Under the pieces are notes generated by a model. It did not search any database. It was not told the origin of the DNA and saw only the letters and a program-made list of their open reading frames with translations. This document shows, piece after piece, positions 58,855 through 64,000 of a stretch of DNA of 64,000 bases (positions are counted from its first letter, which is position 1; the number at the start of each line of letters is the position of its first letter). The translations under genes and the position numbers were made by a program. Source of the stretch: Pristiophorus japonicus. Its lineage: Eukaryota. The stretch covers positions 34,596,001 to 34,660,000 of the forward strand of contig NC_091997.1 of the NCBI RefSeq assembly GCF_044704955.1. The letters run 5' to 3'.

Positions 58855-59712
58855 TAGATTAGGTAAGTGGGCAAATGTATGGCAAATGCAGTATAATGTA
58901 AATAAATGTGAGGTTATTCACTTTGGTGGCAAAAACAGGAAGGCAGAATATTATCTGAATGGTGACAGATTAGGAAAAGGGGAGGTGAAACGAGACCTGG
59001 GTGTCATGGTACATCAGTCATTGAAAGTTGGCATACAGGTACAGCAGGTGGTGAAGAATGCAAATGGCATGTTGGCCTTCATAGCGAGAGGAATTGAGTA
59101 TAGGAGCAGGGAGGTCTTACTACAGTTGTACAGGGCCTTGGTGAGGCCACAACTTGAATATTGTGTACAGTTTTGGTCTCCTAATCTGAGGAAGGACATT
59201 CTTGCTATTGAGGGAGTGCAGCGAAGGTTCACCAGACTGATTCCCGGGATGGCAGGACTGACATATGAAGAAAGACTGGATTGATTGGCTTATATTCACT
59301 GAAATTTAGAAGAATGAGAGGGAATCTCATAGAAACATATAAAATTCTGACGGGATTGGACAGGTTAGATGCAGGAAGAATGTTCCCGATGTTGGAGAAG
59401 TCCAGAACCAGGGGTCACAGTCTTAAGGATAAGGGGTAAGCCATTTAGGACCGAGATGAGGAGAAACTTCTTCACTCAGAGAATTGTGAACCTGTGGAAT
59501 TCTCTACCACAGAGAATTGTTGAGGCCAGTTCGTTAGATATATTCAAAAGGGAGTTAGATATGGCCCTCACAGCTAAAGGGATCAAGGGGCATGGAGAGA
59601 AAGCAGGAAGGGGGTACTGAAGTTGTATGATCAGCCATGATCATATTGAATGGTGGTATAGGCTCGAAGGGCCGAATGGCCTACTTCTGCACCTATTTTC
59701 TATGTTTCTATG
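58855..59712 (+). mobile_element. CR1 LINE, 5'-truncated, inserted in a Deu SINE
   Basis: ORFs 58844-59284 and 59369-59620. The SINE head (58715-58857) resumes at ~59710 (ATGAGACGTTAAAACCGAG). Confidence 0.85.
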
Positions 59713-59962
59713 AGACGTTAAAACCGAGCCAACAATTGTCCCTCAATCAACACCGCAGAAAAATAGATTAACTGTCATTTATCTCACTGCTCTTTGTGAG
59801 ATCTTGTGCATTTTCTTACAACTGTGATGACCCATCAACATAATTCACTGGCTGTGAAACATTTCTGAATGCCCTGAAGATGTGAAAGGTGATATATGAA
59901 TGCAAATTCATTCTTCATACATCCCTGCTAGACCTATCTTTTGTTTCTTTCCTTGTCCCATT

Positions 59963-61850
59963 ACATAAGAACATAAGAAATAGGAACAGAAATCGGCTTG
60001 CTCCGCCATTCAATGAGATCATGGCTAATCTACCTTAACTTCACTTTCCTGCACTGTCCCCATATCCCTTTATTCCCTTAATATCCAAAAATCTATCGAT
60101 CTCTGATTTGAATATACTCAACAGCTAAGCCTCCACAGCCCTCTGGGACAGAGAATTCCAAAGATTCACCACCCTCTGAGTGAAGAAATTTCTCCTCATC
60201 TCAGTCCTAAATGGCTGACCCCTTATCCTGAGACCATGACCCCTGGTTCTAGACTCCCCAGCCAGGGAAAACATCCTCTCTGCATCTACCCTGTCAAGCC
60301 CTGTAAGAATGTTGTATGTTTCAATGAGATCACCTCTCATTCTTCTAAACTCCAGAGAATATAGGCCTAGTCTACTCAATCTCTCCTCATAGGACAATCC
60401 CCCCATCCCAGGAATCAGTCTGGTGAACCAGCGTTGCACTCCCCCTATGGCATGTATATCCTTCCTTAAGTAAGGAGACCAAAACTGTGCACAATACTCC
60501 AGTTGTGGTCTCACTAGGGCCCTATATAATTGCAGTAAGACGTCTTTACTCTTATACTCAAATCCTCTTGTAATAAAGGTCAACATTCCATTTGCTTTCT
60601 TAATTGCTTACTGTACCTGCATGTTAACTTTCAGTGATTGGTGTACAAGGACACACAGGTCCCTCTGAACAGCAACATTTCCCAATCTCTCACCATTTAA
60701 AAAACTTTTCTATTTTTCCTACCAAAGTGGATAACTTCACATTTCTCCACATTATATTCCATTTGCCATGTTCTTGCCCACTCACTTAGCCTGTCTATAT
60801 CCCTTTGAAGTCTCTTTGCATCCTTCTTGCAACTTACATTCCCACTTAGCTTTGTATCATCAGCAAACATGGATATATTACATTTGGTCCCCTCATCCAA
60901 ATCATTGATATAGATTGTGAATAGCTGGGGCCCAAGCACTGATCCCTGCGGTACCCCACTAGTTACAGCCTGTCAACCCGAAAATGACCCGTTTATTCCA
61001 ACTCTCTGTTTTCTGTCCGTTAACCAATCTCAATCCACGCTAGTATATTACCCCCAAACCCATGAGCCCTCATTTTGTTCAATAACTTCTTGTATGGCAT
61101 CTCATTGAATGGCTTCTGAAAATTCAAATACACCATATCCACTGGTTCCTCCCTTATCTATTCTGCTAGTTACAGCCTAAAAAACTCAACAGATTTGTCA
61201 AACATGATTTCCCTTCCATAAATCTGTGTTAACTCTGCCCAATCTTCACAGGGCAATTTTCTAAGTGCCCTGTTACCATATCCTCAATAATAGATTCTAG
61301 CATTTTCCCTACTACTGATGTTAGGCTATCTAGTCTGAAGCTCCCCCTTTTCTCTCTCCCTACTTTCTTAAACAGCGGGGTTACATTAGCTACCTTCCAA
61401 TCTGCGGGAACTGTTCTATGGAATCTATGGAATTTTGGAAGATGACAACCAATACATCCACTATGTCTAAAGCAACCTCTTTCAAAACCCGAGGAAGTAG
61501 GCCTCAGGTCCAGGGGATTTATTGGCTTTCAGTCCCATTAATTTACACAGGACTATTTTTTTACGAATACTAATTTCTTTCAGTTCCTCATTCTCGCTAG
61601 ACCCCTGATACTCCACTATTTCCAGGAGGTTTTTCGTGTCTACCTCCGTGAAAGCACACAAAGTATTTATTTAATTTCTCTGCCATTTCCTTATTCTCCA
61701 TTATAATTTCTCCTGGTCTAACCTTGTAGGGGACCCACATTTACTTTGATTGATCTTTTCATTTTTACATATCTATAGAAGCTTTTATAGTCTGTTTTTA
61801 TGTCTCTCGCTAGTTTACTCTCATACTCTATTTTCCCTTTATTAATTTCT
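59963..61850 (-). mobile_element. CR1 LINE (~1.9 kb, decayed) inserted in a Penelope pLTR
   Basis: ORFs 60125-60586 and 60697-60939 (FADD). Flanks 59915-59962 and 61851-61990 match 3649-3695 and 4117-4262. Confidence 0.85.
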
Positions 61851-61888
61851 TACTTGCTTAAAAGCTGTTACATCTCTTAACTTTTTCC

Positions 61889-61924
61889 AGTTCTGATGAA
61901 AGGTCGTCGACTGAAACGTTAATT
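61889..61924 (+). ncRNA. Minimal hammerhead ribozyme motif (best-preserved copy) in Penelope pLTR
   Basis: AGTT-CTGATGA-aa-GGTC-gtc-GACT-GAAA-CG-TT-AATT: helix I AGUU/AAUU, helix II of 4 bp, palindromic ACGU helix III. Confidence 0.65.
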
Positions 61925-62349
61925 CTGTTTCTCGCTCGTTGATGCTGCGTGACTGCTGTCTATTTCCAGTATTTTCGGGTTTTATTTCAAATTCTTTCTT
62001 ATGTGGAATAAGTCTGGTTAGTCTCCATTTCCTGGGGGCCAGGAGTGCTGCTAATTCTGCAGCAATTTGACACTAAATTGGTGATCATATTCATATAGGA
62101 ACAGGAGGAGGCCATTGAGCCCCTCAAGCCTTCAATGCGATCATGGCTGATCTGCGACCTAACTCCATATACCCGCCTTTGGCCCATATCAATTAATACC
62201 TTTGGTTAACAAAAATCTATCATTCTCAGATTTAAAATTAACAATTGATACAGCATCAGTTGCTGTTTGGGGAAGAGCGTTCCAAGTTTCTACCACCCTT
62301 TTTGTGTAGAAGTGTTTCCTGAAAGGTCTGGCTCTAATTTTTAGACTGT

Positions 62350-62885
62350 TTTAATGCTCTCCTAGCCAGCCTCCCATCTTCCATCCTCCGTAAACTTGAG
62401 CTCATCCAAAACGCAGCTGCCCTTATCCTAACTCGCACCAAGTCCCGTTCACCCATCAACCCCTGTGCTCGCTGACCTACATTGGCTCCCGGTCCGGCAA
62501 CGCCTCAATTTAAAAATTCTCATCCTTGTTTTCAAATCTCTCCATGGTCTCACCCCCTCCCTCTGTAATCTCCTCCAGCCCCACAACCCACCGAGATCTC
62601 TGCGCTCCTCCAATTCTGACCTCTTGCGCATCCCTGATTTCCATCACTCCACTGTTAGCGGCCGTGCCTTCAGCTGCCTGGGCCCTAAGCTCTGGAATTC
62701 CCTCCCTAAACCTCCCTGCCTCTCTCTCCTTTAAGACGCTCCTTAAAACCTATCACTTTAACCAAGCACGTGCCCTAATATCTATCTGCTTATGTGGCTT
62801 GGTGTCTGATAACGCTCCTGTAAAGCACCCTGGGACATTGTCACCGTGTTAAAGCTGCTATATAAATGTAAGTTGCTGTTGTCGT
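62350..62885 (+). mobile_element. L2-clade LINE 3' fragment
   Basis: ORF 62465-62734 LADLHWLPVRQRLNLKIL..., (GTT)-like tail. Confidence 0.75.
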
Positions 62886-63427
62886 TTTCTCAAATGCAGC
62901 AGCCAATGATTCCATTTACAGTTCGACAGGTGAATATAGAGATTGTGCTCCTAGAAAGAGAATGAGGAGAGAGAGGCAAGGAGCATTTCATTGGCTGGGC
63001 TTTTAAAGGTGGGGTTGCAAAATGAATGTAGAATTTTGATTTATTATTTCATGTTTGTGCAGTTCCCTCCCGTCCCCCAAAAAATGAGTTCCTGATTCCA
63101 ACCCCCAGATGTTTAGGTGAATAGGTCAATAACCAGAGGTCATAGATTTAAAATCATTGGCATAAGATCCAGAGTTGAGATGAAGAGAAATGTTTTCACT
63201 CAGAGAGTTGTGGAGATCTGGACCGCTCGGCCTGAACAGGTGTTGGACAGGTGCTGGAGGGTGAGGAACTTCCAGGGTTACAGACACACAGCGAGGGGGT
63301 GTGGGACTAAGCACGACTGCTTTTTCAAAGAGCCACCACATGCACGACGGGCCGATAGGCCTCTTTCTGTGCTGCAAGTTTCTTTGATGCTATGAAGGTG
63401 CCCAGCGCAGGGATGATGCTTTTCCAG

Positions 63428-63895
63428 AGAGAAAGAAAAAAGACTCGCATTTATATAGCGCCTTTCACGACATTCGGACATCTCAAAGTACTTTACAGCC
63501 AATGAAGTACTTTTGGAGTATAGTCGCTGCTGTAATGTGGGAAACGCAGCAGCCAATTTGCGCACAGCAAGCTCCCACAAGCAACAATGTGATAATGACC
63601 AGATAATCTGTTTTTTTGTTATGTTGATTGAAGGATAAATATTGGCCCCAGGACACCAGGGATAACTCTCCTGCTCTTCCTCAAAATAGTGCCATGGGAT
63701 CGTTTACGTCTACCCGAGCGAGCAGACGGCGCCTCGGTTTAACGTCTCATCCGAAAGTTGGCACCTCCGACAGTGCAGCACTCCCTCAGTACTGCACTGG
63801 ATGTCAGCCTAGATACTTGTGCTCAAGTCTCTGGAGCGGGACTTGAACCCACAACCTTCTGAGGCAAGGGTGCTACCACTGAGCCATGGCTGACA
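63428..63895 (-). mobile_element. Full-length Deu SINE with a single unexpanded hairpin unit
   Basis: Head GTCAGCCATGGCTCAGTGG, GGTTCAAGTCCC; CCAGTGCAGTACTGAGGGAGTGCTGCACTGTCGGAGGTGCC; tail. Confidence 0.88.
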
Positions 63896-64000
63896 CAAAT
63901 GAACAATATTGAAGAAGAGCAGGAGTGCAGGGTGGGATGTAGGATGAAGAATATTGCAGAAGTGGGATTGAACGAGGCTTTGCAGCGATTTGAACATGAG

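Overview
Repeat-rich vertebrate genomic DNA, most likely from a shark or other cartilaginous fish (inferred from abundant tRNA-headed Deu-domain SINEs plus CR1, L2, RTE, Tx1 and Penelope-like retroelements). Three host genes were reconstructed by hand from splice phases. (1) A complete PNPO on the minus strand: 7 coding exons, 31543->18056, 278 aa. (2) A complete 6-exon plus-strand gene I cannot name (34028->42437, 536 aa) encoding an acidic N-terminus, a Pro/Ser/Arg-rich region, a coiled coil and a single C-terminal BEN domain. (3) The 5' part of SP2: exons 1-3, 50221->57165; the zinc-finger exons are not in the window. The first ~17.6 kb contains no host gene I can find. It holds a decayed Penelope-like element, a full-length decayed Mag-type Gypsy LTR retrotransposon and nested LINE/SINE/LTR/MITE fragments. 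Most notable observations: a ~1.7-kb minisatellite of ~90 copies of the PNPO exon-2 5' splice site directly behind the real donor; a similar donor-like G-rich array in the BEN gene; the unassigned BEN gene itself; minimal hammerhead-ribozyme motifs in Penelope pseudo-LTRs; a SINE subfamily carrying an expandable 33-bp hairpin minisatellite; and serial or ultra-truncated Tx1 insertions. TE boundaries are approximate unless a TSD or terminus is stated.
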